Assembly (NCBI GenBank): GCA_018713005.1
Contig: DVFX01000015.1
Location: 10,699-74,698 of the forward strand
Source of the DNA: Candidatus Scatomorpha gallistercoris
Lineage (GTDB): Bacteria; Bacillota; Clostridia; Oscillospirales; Oscillospiraceae
Direction: 5' to 3'
DNA length: 64,000 bases
Positions 24,979 to 34,298 of the stretch are shown piece by piece. The notes beneath the pieces are model-generated. The model was not told the DNA's origin. It ran no database searches and saw only the letters and a program-made list of their open reading frames with translations. How positions within the stretch are numbered: position 1 is the first letter of the stretch; every line of letters starts with the position of its first letter. The position numbers and the translations under genes are program-made.

Positions 24979-27047
24979 TTTGTCACAGCCTCCTTGTGGG
25001 TGTCATTCAGGAATCCCGCGCGCCAGGTGAGCTTCGCGGTCAGCGGGTCGAACAGAATAAGCAGCGCGGGCAGGGCCAGCATGACCATCGCCATGGATAG
25101 CACGGTGCCGCGGGCGAGCAGTATGCCCAGCTCCGCAACGACCTCGAGCGAGCTCTCAAGGCCCAGGCAGAGGCCCGCGGAAGTCAGGATGAGGCCGCTC
25201 GTGAGCACGCTCTCGAAGTTTGTGTTCAGCGTGGCCACGACCGCCTCGCGCTTGCCCATCGTGCGGCGGTTGGCCGTGTAGCCGCTGGTCATGAGTATGG
25301 CGTAGTCTATTGTGGCGCCGAGCTGCACCGTGTTTATGACCAGATAGCCTATATATACGATAGGCTCGCTGGAGAAGTACGGCACGGAGAGGTTTATCCA
25401 TATGGCCGACTCGATGCAGAACAGCAGTATGAAGGGCAGCGTCACGCTCTTGAAGGTGACCAGCAGGGTGAGGAATATGAAGCCTATGGCGATGAGGTTT
25501 ACAAGCGTGGAGTCCGCCGTGACGACGTCGCGCATGTCGTAGAGGTTGGCGCTCTGGCCGCAGAGCCAGCTCTCGCTGTAGTATTTGTCGGCTGCGGCCC
25601 GCACCTGCTCGACGACGGCAAAGGCCTCGTCGCCCTCCTCGCTGGTGTCCGTGTACATGATTATGCGTGCGTAGTTGTCGGAGTAGAACTGGCTGACTAT
25701 GGCATCGTCCAGGAAGCCCTCAGGCACAACGCCGACTGTGCCGGCGTAGCTCAGCACACTGGTGACGTGGTCTATGTCCGCAAGCTCTGCGGCCAGCTCC
25801 GCCTCGGCGCCGGGGTCGCCGCGCGGCACGAGCAGGACGAGGGCGTTGCTCTCGCCGAACTCTGCGTTAATTGCCTCGGTGTCGCGGCCGTAGTCAATCT
25901 GCGGGTCGGGTACGCCGTTGCCGTAGAGGAAGTCGTTGCGGGACTGCGCCAGGTAGCAGGGGATTACGCATATCAGCACGAGGATGAGCGCCGGGATGCG
26001 CACCTTTACGAGGGCGTGGCCTATGCGCTTGCCGGGGTGTATTATCGGCTTGTGGGTAGTCTTGTCCAGCAGCTTGACGCAGGCCAGCGACAGGGCGGGG
26101 AAGAACACCATGACGGAGATATAGCTGAGTACGATGCCCTTGACCAGGTTGAGGCCCAAATCCGCGCCTATGCCGAAGCGCATAAACATCAGCGCCAGGA
26201 AGCCGAAGAGCGTCGTCGCGGCGCTCGCAGCTATGGACGAGAAGCTCTCGCGTATGGCCAGGCGCATAGCCTCTTCGCTGTTCTCCACTTCCTCGCGGTG
26301 ACGACCAAAGCTGTTCAGGAGGAAGATGGCGTAGTCAAGCGAAACGGCCAGCTGCATTATCGGGCTGACGCTCTGCGTGACGAAGCTTATCTCGCCGAAG
26401 ATAACGTTCGTGCCCATATTTATAATGACGGCGATGCCTATGGCCGACAGGAAAAGCAGAGGGGAAATCCAGCTGGTGGTCGTGACTAGAAGTATCAGTA
26501 TCGCCAGCGGCACCATGATTACGAGTATGCCGACGACCTCGCTCACGACGTGGTTCTGCATGCTGGCCGTGCTGGCGGCGTTGCCGCTGATGGCTCCGCC
26601 TTCGCCTATCACATCGTAGATGGCGGCGACGGCCTCGCTCTCCATGCCGTCCTCTATGGTGACGTCGTAGAGCGCAATGCCGTCGTGCCAGTACTGGTTT
26701 ACGCTCGCCTCGTCCATAAATTCGATCGGCGTGGTCAAATCCTGCGTGTCGTCGAGCCACATGACGCCGGTCACGCCGGTACACGCGGCGATCTTTGCCT
26801 TCATTTCCACGGCGCCGGTCAGTGTTAGATCCCTGACCATGACGCGCGTGTTCGGCACGCCGGAGCCAAACTCCGAGTACATGAGATCCAGCGCTATCGT
26901 GCTCTCCGAGTCCTCGGGCAGATAGTCGGTGAGGTCGTAGTTGACGCTCACACCGAGGATCATCACGGCGGACACTATGGCCGCGACCAGGAATATGGAG
27001 ATTACGAGTTTTTTGTGCCTCGTGATCCCCCTTGTAAACCTATCCAT
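24975..27047 (-). CDS. MMPL-family (RND superfamily) membrane transporter
   Basis: It has two 6-TM bundles, each preceded by a large loop, with typical MMPL sequence throughout. The start is at ATG 27047 after GGAGGAG. Confidence 0.9.
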   Translation of the reverse strand: MDRFTRGITRHKKLVISIFLVAAIVSAVMILGVSVNYDLTDYLPEDSESTIALDLMYSEFGSGVPNTRVMVRDLTLTGAVEMKAKIAACTGVTGVMWLDDTQDLTTPIEFMDEASVNQYWHDGIALYDVTIEDGMESEAVAAIYDVIGEGGAISGNAASTASMQNHVVSEVVGILVIMVPLAILILLVTTTSWISPLLFLSAIGIAVIINMGTNVIFGEISFVTQSVSPIMQLAVSLDYAIFLLNSFGRHREEVENSEEAMRLAIRESFSSIAASAATTLFGFLALMFMRFGIGADLGLNLVKGIVLSYISVMVFFPALSLACVKLLDKTTHKPIIHPGKRIGHALVKVRIPALILVLICVIPCYLAQSRNDFLYGNGVPDPQIDYGRDTEAINAEFGESNALVLLVPRGDPGAEAELAAELADIDHVTSVLSYAGTVGVVPEGFLDDAIVSQFYSDNYARIIMYTDTSEEGDEAFAVVEQVRAAADKYYSESWLCGQSANLYDMRDVVTADSTLVNLIAIGFIFLTLLVTFKSVTLPFILLFCIESAIWINLSVPYFSSEPIVYIGYLVINTVQLGATIDYAILMTSGYTANRRTMGKREAVVATLNTNFESVLTSGLILTSAGLCLGLESSLEVVAELGILLARGTVLSMAMVMLALPALLILFDPLTAKLTWRAGFLNDTHKEAVTK

Positions 27048-27105
27048 AGGCACTCCTCCGCTTCGGCGGCGCACACCTGCCGCCACAAAGATAATCAACG
27101 TGGTG

Positions 27106-27134
27106 TTGACTTACTTACGCTTTTATAGTATATT
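27106..27134 (+). promoter_or_regulatory. Candidate promoter toward tetR (TTGACT-17-TATATT)
   Basis: The sequence is TTGACTtacttacgcttttatagTATATT. Its -10 overlaps the -10 of the divergent MMPL promoter. Confidence 0.45.
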
Positions 27135-27155
27135 TTCATTTTGAAAACAAGGCAA
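27127..27155 (-). promoter_or_regulatory. Candidate promoter for the MMPL operon (TTGCCT-17-TATACT)
   Basis: Read on the minus strand it is TTGCCTtgttttcaaaatgaaaaTATACT. Confidence 0.5.
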
Positions 27156-27248
27156 CAGTCAGTTTGACGGATTTTGAAAAATCTTAAACGCTTTTGTGGG
27201 CAAACGTATAATTAATCACAAAAATTTTACGATTTCGGGGGTGAGCGG

Positions 27249-27818
27249 ATGCCCGGCAAAAAACTTGACGCGCGTGTGCGATACACCAAGATGATGATAA
27301 AAAACAGCATCATCGAGATAATGAAGGCAAAGCCGGTCGCAAAAATAACCGTGACCGAAATCTGCGAGCGCGCGGGCATAAACCGTGCCACCTTCTACGC
27401 GCACTACAGCGACCCCACCGACGTGCTGCAGAGCATAGAGAGCGAGCTCATAGACGACATATCCAACCGGACGCGGCCGGCAATCGCGGCTATGGGTACG
27501 GATTTGCGGGATTCGCTGATGGGCATAGTCGAATATATCAAGGAGAACGCCGACATCTGCCGCGTGCTGCTCTCCGGCTCCGTGGACACGAGCTTTCAAA
27601 ATAAAGTCGTGGACATGGTGGAGAAGCAGTTCATAGAGCACTGGCGTTCCTTTTCGTCCACGAGCATGGAGGACGCGAAGTACATCTTTACGTTTATCGC
27701 CATAGGCAGCGTCGGCGTCATACGCAAATGGCTGGACGAGGACGCGCGCAAGCCGTCGGAGGAGATAGCCGAGATAATAATCAAGATATCGAGCGCCGGT
27801 TTCCTGAGTTTTAGCTGA
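27249..27818 (+). CDS. TetR/AcrR-family transcriptional regulator (DhaS-like subgroup)
   Basis: The HTH reads KITVTEICERAGINRATFYAHY. It is divergent from the MMPL operon. Confidence 0.9.
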   Translation: MPGKKLDARVRYTKMMIKNSIIEIMKAKPVAKITVTEICERAGINRATFYAHYSDPTDVLQSIESELIDDISNRTRPAIAAMGTDLRDSLMGIVEYIKENADICRVLLSGSVDTSFQNKVVDMVEKQFIEHWRSFSSTSMEDAKYIFTFIAIGSVGVIRKWLDEDARKPSEEIAEIIIKISSAGFLSFS

Positions 27819-27884
27819 CTCGGCGGTTTAATATTGCGCCGTTCCGGGCAAGATAGCCTTAGAAAACAACGGGAGGCTACATAT

Positions 27885-28490
27885 ATGTCCGGAAAAAGTA
27901 CACTGCGCAAATGGGAAATCTCCCTGCTTGTTGCGCTCAGCATAATGCTGCTCACCGGCTCATGGGCCGCCTCGGCAAGCGGGCGGGTCTCAGGCCAGCT
28001 GGTTAGGCTGCATGTCATAGCCGACTCGGATGAGCCGGAGGAGCAGGCTGTAAAACTCGACGTGCGCGACGCGGTTTTGGCTTATCTGGAGCCGAAGCTC
28101 GCCTCGGCGTCGGACGGCCGCGAGGCCGGGGACATCATTGCCTCTGAGCTGGACGGCATAGCCGCCGCCGCAGAGGGCGCGGCGCAGGGCAGGCCGGTAT
28201 CCGTTGGCTTCGGAGAAGAGTACTACCCCACGCGGGTCTACGAGAACTTTTCGCTCCCCGCCGGGAGGTATCAGTCCCTGCGCGTGACTCTGGGCGAGGG
28301 CGCCGGGCACAACTGGTGGTGCGTCGTGTTCCCGCCGCTGTGCCTTACCACGGCCGGGACGGAGGAGGCCTTTGAGTCCCTGGACGAGGGTACTCGTGAG
28401 ATTATCAGCGACGACGGGGAGGGAGTGGTGTTCCGCTTCCGTATCCTGGAGCTTTGGGGAGAGCTGCTCGAAGCCCTGGGCTGTGATTGA
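27885..28490 (+). CDS. spoIIR: Stage II sporulation protein R
   Basis: It contains LVRLHVIADSDEPEEQAVKLDVRDAVL and NWWCVVFPPLC. The start is at ATG 27885 after GGGAGG. Confidence 0.85.
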   Translation: MSGKSTLRKWEISLLVALSIMLLTGSWAASASGRVSGQLVRLHVIADSDEPEEQAVKLDVRDAVLAYLEPKLASASDGREAGDIIASELDGIAAAAEGAAQGRPVSVGFGEEYYPTRVYENFSLPAGRYQSLRVTLGEGAGHNWWCVVFPPLCLTTAGTEEAFESLDEGTREIISDDGEGVVFRFRILELWGELLEALGCD

Positions 28491-28493
28491 GCA

Positions 28494-28530
28494 AAACGGG
28501 CAGGCCGGAGGGCCTGCCCGTTTGCTTTTG
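28494..28530. terminator. Bidirectional terminator between convergent spoIIR and the DUF2461 gene
   Basis: The stem AAACGGGCAGGCC/GGCCTGCCCGTTT is followed by GCTTTTG. Confidence 0.7.
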
Positions 28531-28563
28531 CGCTTGAGCGGGAACAAATTGCCGCCGTATTCG

Positions 28564-29253
28564 TCAAGCCCACAGACGGTTGCTGAGCTTTGCCATGGCT
28601 ACGGCCTTCAGGAAGAAGTCGTAGACCGGCGCGATGCGTTCAAAATCGGCGGCGAGCCGGTGCGGCAGCTCCTCGGAGCAGAGCAAGTCGAGGGAATTTT
28701 CCTCGTGCGTAAGGCAGAAGCTCTTCTCGTCGAGCCATTCGCGCTCATTTTCCGGCGCGTCTGGGTGGCGCGTGCGCTTGTAGCGCTCGTCCTCGAGCGC
28801 GAACACATCCTGAGCCTCATACGCCGCGTATGCGGCGAGCCAGTCGGGGTCGCGGGACTTTATCAGGTCCCGGGCGCAGTCCATGGTGGCGGGGTCGGTC
28901 TGATACCAGCCGCAGCCCCAGCGCAGGCGCCGCGGCGAGAACTCGAACCAGAACCCGGGGTAGCCCTCATACTTGGCGCGGCGCAGGTTTATCCACAGCA
29001 CGTCGCGGTAGAGCGGCAGCTCCGGGCCGCGGCGCGTGTCGCGCCAGAGCCGGGATATGCTCTTGCCCACGCGGGGGTCGATGACGAGCGCGGGGTCAAT
29101 GCGGCTCATCTCCGGCGCAAGGGCTTGTACAAGCTCTGCGGTGGGTTCAACCACGAGCGAGAGGTATTCACTCCGGTGCTCGTGGAACCAGTCTCTCGAA
29201 TTCATTACGCGATTGAGGGCCATGAAGTCCAATGTGGCTTCTGAAAAGGGCAT
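28564..29253 (-). CDS. DUF2461 (TIGR02453) family protein
   Basis: It contains TLDFMALNRVMNSRDWFHEHRSEY...SISRLWRDTRRGPELPLYRDVLWINLRR. Confidence 0.75.
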   Translation of the reverse strand: MPFSEATLDFMALNRVMNSRDWFHEHRSEYLSLVVEPTAELVQALAPEMSRIDPALVIDPRVGKSISRLWRDTRRGPELPLYRDVLWINLRRAKYEGYPGFWFEFSPRRLRWGCGWYQTDPATMDCARDLIKSRDPDWLAAYAAYEAQDVFALEDERYKRTRHPDAPENEREWLDEKSFCLTHEENSLDLLCSEELPHRLAADFERIAPVYDFFLKAVAMAKLSNRLWA

Positions 29254-29395
29254 TTTTTGTCGTCTCCTGTCGAAATTTCGCTGGTGATTATATCACATGC
29301 CGCCTTGAGAGGCAAGTTCACAAATATTTCTGGAAAACGCTCCATGTATGTGGTAAGATGTTATCTGCCTCAATACTTTTCTGGGAGGTCTGCAA

Positions 29396-30256
29396 ATGCG
29401 CGCCTTTATGAAGCGGGTGGACCTGTTCTGTTATAAACACCCGCGCTTCGGCATCAACAACCTCATGCTTTACGTCGTCTTTGGCACGGCGGCGGTATGG
29501 CTGCTCAGCCTGATGGACGGCACAAACATGCTGATAAGCTACCTCGCGTTCGACGCGGCGGCAGTGCTGCGCGGCCAGGTTTGGAGGATAGTCACCTTTA
29601 TTTTTATCCCGCAGAGCTACGGCGTAATCTCGCTGCTGCTCTTCCTTTACTTCTACTACTTCATCGGCTCCACGCTGGAGCGGGAGTGGGGACCGGGCCG
29701 CTTTACCATCTATTACGGCATGGGCATGCTGCTCACGGTGCTGTACGGTTTTATCGCCTATTTCGTAGACGGACGCCGTATCGGCATGAGCTCCACCTAT
29801 ATTAACCTCTCCATGTTCTTCGCATTTGCGACTATGTTCCCCGAGCAAAGGGTGCTGCTTTTTTACATCATCCCGATAAAGATGAAGTGGCTCGCCATCG
29901 TGGACGCGGCCTACTTCGTTTACGATATCGCGGTGAACATCGGCAGAGGCTATGGCATGATGAGCTTCCTGCCCCTCGTCGCGGTGCTCAACTTCTTCCT
30001 CTTTTGCGGAGACGACCTCTTCCACACCGTCATGCCGCGCGGACGACAGCGCAGACAAAAGACGATAAATTTTCAGCGGGAAGTGCGCAAAATAAAGTAT
30101 GAGCAGAAGCACTCGGGCTACACTCGCAAATGCGAGGTCTGCGGACGCACGGACACCGACTATCCCGACCTCGAGTTCCGCTATTGCTCGAGGTGTGCGG
30201 GGGTACACTGCTTCTGCCAGGACCATATAAACAACCACGTCCACTTCACGGAATAA
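29396..30256 (+). CDS. Rhomboid-like polytopic membrane protein with a C-terminal Cys/His-rich zinc-ribbon tail
   Basis: Rhomboid TM2-type motifs are GQVWRIVTFIFIP and FIGSTLEREWG. The tail is CEVCG...CSRCAGVHCFCQDHINNHVH. The position corresponding to GxSG reads GMSS, and I see no obvious catalytic His. Confidence 0.55.
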   Translation: MRAFMKRVDLFCYKHPRFGINNLMLYVVFGTAAVWLLSLMDGTNMLISYLAFDAAAVLRGQVWRIVTFIFIPQSYGVISLLLFLYFYYFIGSTLEREWGPGRFTIYYGMGMLLTVLYGFIAYFVDGRRIGMSSTYINLSMFFAFATMFPEQRVLLFYIIPIKMKWLAIVDAAYFVYDIAVNIGRGYGMMSFLPLVAVLNFFLFCGDDLFHTVMPRGRQRRQKTINFQREVRKIKYEQKHSGYTRKCEVCGRTDTDYPDLEFRYCSRCAGVHCFCQDHINNHVHFTE

Positions 30257-30296
30257 TGCGGACATGGCCGGACATAGAAATTAAACCGGTGGTGTA

Positions 30297-32114
30297 TTGA
30301 AAATGCCTTCAGGGAAAAAGAGAACAAACCGACAGAGCTATCGGAACGATTATTCCAGGGCGGGCCGCTCCCCGGCCGCAGCCGCGGCGCTGGGGCTGGT
30401 ATTTATACTGCTCGTGCTCGTGCTGGTGTTCATAGTATACAAGTCGTCCACTTACGAGCCGGACTCGAATCCGGCCGACACGGGTTCCGGGCTCGTTGAC
30501 CCGACGGGCGACGCCTCGCCGGCGCCGTCCGAAGCCGCGCCGGACGTCACGCCGGAGCCGACGCCGGAACCGACGCCGGAGCCGTTTGAACCGCATGCGG
30601 TGGACTCAACCCAGCCGGGAAACTACATCCTCTCGACCGCGATTCAGGTCGACGGGACCACCCTGGCCGACGGCGAGGATTATCAGGACGACACCGGTAT
30701 ATACATGGGCTACGGCAGCGAGTATTCCAGCCTCAACGGTGTGCCGACGTTCCGCGGCAACAATTTCAGGGACGGCGGGGCTTACGGGACGGCTCAGATG
30801 ACGCAGAAGCAGTTCGGGAATTACTGGACGCATGCGACAGGCTCCCTCATGGACCCGATAGACGGCGCATACTGGTCCGGCAACGGCTGGACCGGACAGC
30901 CGCTCATCGCCGAGTGGCCCTATGAGACGAGGCAGATAATGACCAGCATGCACGACTGGGCCAGGAACCAGGAGACGCTTGTCGAGGTCATCTACCCGTC
31001 CATGGACGGCTACATCTACTTCCTCGAGCTCGAAACCGGCAAGGAGACCCGCGACGCCATCTACATGGGCCTGACCTACAAGGGTACGGGTACCCTGGAC
31101 CCGCGCGGATACCCGCTGCTGTATGTGGGCAGCGGCTACAACACCAGCGCCAGCCGCGTCTCCATTATCAGCCTCATTGACGGCAGCGTGCTCTATGAGT
31201 TCGGCGGGGCGAGCGAGGACTTCGAGCTGCGCACCTGGCCCATGTTCGACGCCGCGCCGCTGATAGACGCCGACACGGATAAGCTCATTTGGGCCGGCGA
31301 GAACGGTATCCTCTATATAATCACCCTCGGCACCGAGTACGACGAAGAGGCCGGTACGGTGAGCGTCAATCCCACGCGCACGGTGAAGTGGCGCTACCAG
31401 AGCTCGCGAAACGCCAGCAGCCGCTGGTACCTTGGCTTTGAGGCGTCCCCGGTCGTCTGGCAGGGCTACATTTTCATGCCGGATAACGCCGGATACTTAA
31501 TGTGCCTCGACCTCAACACTCTGGAGCTGGTTTGGGTGCAGGATATACTCGACGACGCCAACTGCACGCCGGTGCTTTCAATAGAGGACGGACATCCATA
31601 CCTCTACGTCTCCACAAGCTTCCACCTGGGCTGGCGCAGTTGGAATACTGCGGACGTGCCGGTCTGGAAAATTGACGCCGAGACCGGCGAGATAGTCTGG
31701 CAGGTGGACTACACCTGCTACAGTGAGAGCGGCCTGTCCGGAGGCAGCCAGGGAAGCATGGCGCTGGGGCAGGGCAGCCTGGAGGGCATCGTATACGTCT
31801 CCATGTCCCGCTATCCAAACTCCGGCGGCGGCACGCTTCTGGCCCTCGACGCAGACAGCGGCGAGGAGATATGGACGAAGAGCACGCAGGTTTACAGCTG
31901 GTCGACGCCTACGCTGGTATATGACCAGGATGGCAACGGCTATGTTGTCTACTGCACTCTCGGCGAGTACATGTACCTGCTTGACGGCAAAGACGGCACG
32001 GAATACGACGCGCTCAACTGCGGCGGCAAATTTGAAGCCAGCCCGGCCATATTCAACAACTGGATAGTCGTCGGCCACCGAAACGGCGCCATTTGGGGCG
32101 TCCAGCTGACATGA
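30297..32114 (+). CDS. Membrane-anchored PQQ-like (BamB/YncE-type) beta-propeller repeat protein
   Basis: It has an N-terminal TM helix, a Pro/Thr/Glu linker and repeated W/G-containing blades (…GEIVWQV…, …GEEIWTK…, …LELVWVQ…). The start is TTG 30297 or ATG 30303. Confidence 0.7.
   Translation: MKMPSGKKRTNRQSYRNDYSRAGRSPAAAAALGLVFILLVLVLVFIVYKSSTYEPDSNPADTGSGLVDPTGDASPAPSEAAPDVTPEPTPEPTPEPFEPHAVDSTQPGNYILSTAIQVDGTTLADGEDYQDDTGIYMGYGSEYSSLNGVPTFRGNNFRDGGAYGTAQMTQKQFGNYWTHATGSLMDPIDGAYWSGNGWTGQPLIAEWPYETRQIMTSMHDWARNQETLVEVIYPSMDGYIYFLELETGKETRDAIYMGLTYKGTGTLDPRGYPLLYVGSGYNTSASRVSIISLIDGSVLYEFGGASEDFELRTWPMFDAAPLIDADTDKLIWAGENGILYIITLGTEYDEEAGTVSVNPTRTVKWRYQSSRNASSRWYLGFEASPVVWQGYIFMPDNAGYLMCLDLNTLELVWVQDILDDANCTPVLSIEDGHPYLYVSTSFHLGWRSWNTADVPVWKIDAETGEIVWQVDYTCYSESGLSGGSQGSMALGQGSLEGIVYVSMSRYPNSGGGTLLALDADSGEEIWTKSTQVYSWSTPTLVYDQDGNGYVVYCTLGEYMYLLDGKDGTEYDALNCGGKFEASPAIFNNWIVVGHRNGAIWGVQLT
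30549..30584 (+). repeat. Tandem repeat, 3 x 12 nt (ACGCCGGARCCG, encoding TPEP)
   Basis: Three consecutive units can be read directly in the linker-coding region. Confidence 0.9.
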
Positions 32115-32127
32115 TAAACCATATCGT

Positions 32128-32158
32128 CCCGGCGCCGTGCTGCGCCGGGGCGATTTCG
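32128..32158 (+). terminator. Weak terminator-like hairpin after the beta-propeller gene
   Basis: The stem is CCCGGCGC/GCGCCGGG, but the T tract is poor (CGATTTCG). Confidence 0.3.
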
Positions 32159-32179
32159 CGCGCAGGCCGGTGTCACAGC

Positions 32180-32208
32180 TTGACAATGCGCCGATTATTA
32201 TATAAAAT
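32180..32208 (+). promoter_or_regulatory. Sigma-A promoter for proS (TTGACA-17-TAAAAT)
   Basis: The sequence is TTGACAatgcgccgattattataTAAAAT, 41 nt before the proS ATG. Confidence 0.65.
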
Positions 32209-32248
32209 GTGAGTTCAGCGACACGGACTAAGGAAAAGGAGCTTATAT

Positions 32249-33688
32249 ATGGCTAAGGACAAGAAAGTCGAGAGCATAACAGATATGGATAAGGACTTCG
32301 CCCAGTGGTTCACCGACGTGTGCACCAAGGCGGAGCTCGTTGACTACTCCGGCGTGAAGGGCCTCTTCATCCTGCGGCCCTATGGCTACGCCATCTGGGA
32401 GAACATACAATCTGCGCTGGACAAGCGCTTCAAGGCCACCGGCCATGAGAACGTCAGCATGCCCATGCTCATACCCGAGAGCCTGCTGCAGAAGGAGAAG
32501 GACCACGTCGCCGGCTTCGCGCCCGAGTGCGCCTGGGTCACCGTCGGCGGCAGCGAGGAGCTGCCCGAAAGGCTGTGCATCCGCCCCACCAGCGAGACTC
32601 TCTTCTGCGAGCACTGGAGCCATATAGTTCACTCCTGGCGCGATTTGCCCTGCCTCTACAACCAGTGGTGCAGCGTGCTCCGCTGGGAAAAGACCACCCG
32701 TCCCTTCCTGCGCGGGCGCGAGTTCCTCTGGCAGGAGGGACACACCATCCACGCCACCGCCGAAGAGGCCATAGCCGAGACGAAGCAGATGCTCGAGATA
32801 TATGCCGACGTCTGCGAGAACGTCCTGGCCATGCCCGTGCTGCGCGGCGTCAAGACCGACAAGGAGAAGTTCGCCGGAGCCGAGGACACCTACACCATAG
32901 AGTGCATGATGCACGACCACAAGGCGCTCCAGTCCGGCACCAGCCACTACTTCGGCGACGGCTTCGCCAAGGCCTTCGGCATCTCCTTCTCCGACAGGGA
33001 GAACAAGCTCCGCGCCCCGTTCGAGACCAGCTGGGGCATGTCCACGCGCGTCATCGGCGGGCTTATTATGACCCACGGCGACAACAACGGCCTTGTGCTG
33101 CCTCCGCGCGTCGCGCCCACCCAGGTCATCGTCCTGCCCATAGCGGCGCACAAGCCCGGCGTCACCGAGGCCGCTCAGGCCGTGGTTGAGCGCCTCAAGG
33201 CCGCGGGTATCCGCGTCAAGGGCGACTTCTCCGACAATTCCCCCGGATGGAAGTTCGCTGAGTGGGAGATGAAGGGCGTACCCGTCCGTCTCGAGCTCGG
33301 TCCCCGCGACATCGAGGCCAACGCCTGCGTCGCCGCCAGGCGCGACAACGGCGAGAAGGTCACGCTCAGCCTCGACAACCTCGAAGAGAGCGTCGCGGAG
33401 CTGCTCGAGAGCGTGCAGCAGGGCCTCTTCGACAAGGCCAGGCGCAACCTCGAGGAGCATACCTACACCGCTTCTACCGTCGACGAGGTGAAGGACGTCG
33501 TTGAAAACCGCGGCGGTGGCTTCGTCAAGACCATGTGGTGCGGCGACGAGGCCTGCGAGCTGAAGATGAAGGAGCTCGCCGGCGTCACCAGCCGCTGCAT
33601 CCCCTTTGAGCAGGAACACCTGGGAGAAACCTGCCCGGTCTGCGGCCGTGCGGCCAAGAAGATGATAGTCTGGGGCGTCGCGTATTGA
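32249..33688 (+). CDS. proS: Proline--tRNA ligase (archaeal/eukaryote-like type)
   Basis: At 479 aa, its N terminus ...[35 protein letters not shown] and its C-terminal zinc motif CPVCG are typical of the short ProRS form. Confidence 0.95.
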   Translation: MAKDKKVESITDMDKDFAQWFTDVCTKAELVDYSGVKGLFILRPYGYAIWENIQSALDKRFKATGHENVSMPMLIPESLLQKEKDHVAGFAPECAWVTVGGSEELPERLCIRPTSETLFCEHWSHIVHSWRDLPCLYNQWCSVLRWEKTTRPFLRGREFLWQEGHTIHATAEEAIAETKQMLEIYADVCENVLAMPVLRGVKTDKEKFAGAEDTYTIECMMHDHKALQSGTSHYFGDGFAKAFGISFSDRENKLRAPFETSWGMSTRVIGGLIMTHGDNNGLVLPPRVAPTQVIVLPIAAHKPGVTEAAQAVVERLKAAGIRVKGDFSDNSPGWKFAEWEMKGVPVRLELGPRDIEANACVAARRDNGEKVTLSLDNLEESVAELLESVQQGLFDKARRNLEEHTYTASTVDEVKDVVENRGGGFVKTMWCGDEACELKMKELAGVTSRCIPFEQEHLGETCPVCGRAAKKMIVWGVAY

Positions 33689-33710
33689 CGGCGTAAACAG
33701 TCAGCGGGAG

Positions 33711-33742
33711 GAAAGGGCGCCCTCGGGCGCCCTTCGCTTTTG
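33711..33742 (+). terminator. Rho-independent terminator after proS
   Basis: The stem GAAAGGGCGCCC/GGCGCCCTTC is followed by GCTTTTG. Confidence 0.6.
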
Positions 33743-33754
33743 GGAGGACGGAAT

Positions 33755-34195
33755 ATGGAACTGTTTGTGAAGAGCTTCAATGAGCTGAGCGCGGGCGAGC
33801 TCTATGCGCTGCTCAAGCTGCGGGTGGACGTGTTCGTCGTCGAGCAGAAATGCGCGTACCACGAGCTCGACGGACTGGACGCGGACGCGCTGCACGTCTA
33901 TTACACCGACGGCGGCGAGGTGGCCGCGTACCTGCGGGTGCTGCCTCGGGGCGCCATGTTCGACGACGCCGTGGGCATAGGCCGCGTCATCGCAGCAAAG
34001 CGGGGCGTCGGCCTCGGCGCGAAGGTGCTCGGCGCCGGGATAGATGCCGCGCGTGAGCGCTTCGGCGCGGAGCGCATACGCATTGAGGCGCAGAGTTATG
34101 CACAGGGCTTTTACGAGCGCGCGGGATTCAGGCGCTGCTCGGATGAGTTCGACGAGGATGGCATCCCGCATGTCGGTATGGTCCTTGAGCTCTGA
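33755..34195 (+). CDS. GNAT-family N-acetyltransferase (ElaA-like)
   Basis: It contains LSAGELYALLKLRVDVFVVEQKCAYHELDGLD and then RGVGLG...FYERAGF. Confidence 0.85.
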   Translation: MELFVKSFNELSAGELYALLKLRVDVFVVEQKCAYHELDGLDADALHVYYTDGGEVAAYLRVLPRGAMFDDAVGIGRVIAAKRGVGLGAKVLGAGIDAARERFGAERIRIEAQSYAQGFYERAGFRRCSDEFDEDGIPHVGMVLEL

Positions 34196-34242
34196 ATTCG
34201 GGCAAATATAGCTTGCAAATTCATTTATTAACAATTCCCGCC

Positions 34243-34271
34243 TTGACCTCGTCGGGCATACTATATATAAT
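34243..34271 (+). promoter_or_regulatory. Sigma-A promoter (TTGACC-17-TATAAT)
   Basis: The sequence is TTGACCtcgtcgggcatactataTATAAT. Confidence 0.65.
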
Positions 34272-34298
34272 TACTCATAGCGCCTGAAACCGGCGCAT

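Noticed and set aside
27819-27884. I considered a SigF-type forespore promoter for spoIIR.
   Set aside because: GGTTTAA...GGGCAAGATAG only loosely resembles the -35/-10 consensus as I remember it. The match is too weak to annotate.
32115-32248. I looked for a T-box leader upstream of proS.
   Set aside because: The spacer is 134 nt and the predicted promoter leaves a leader of only about 35 nt. I saw no specifier hairpin or T-box sequence.
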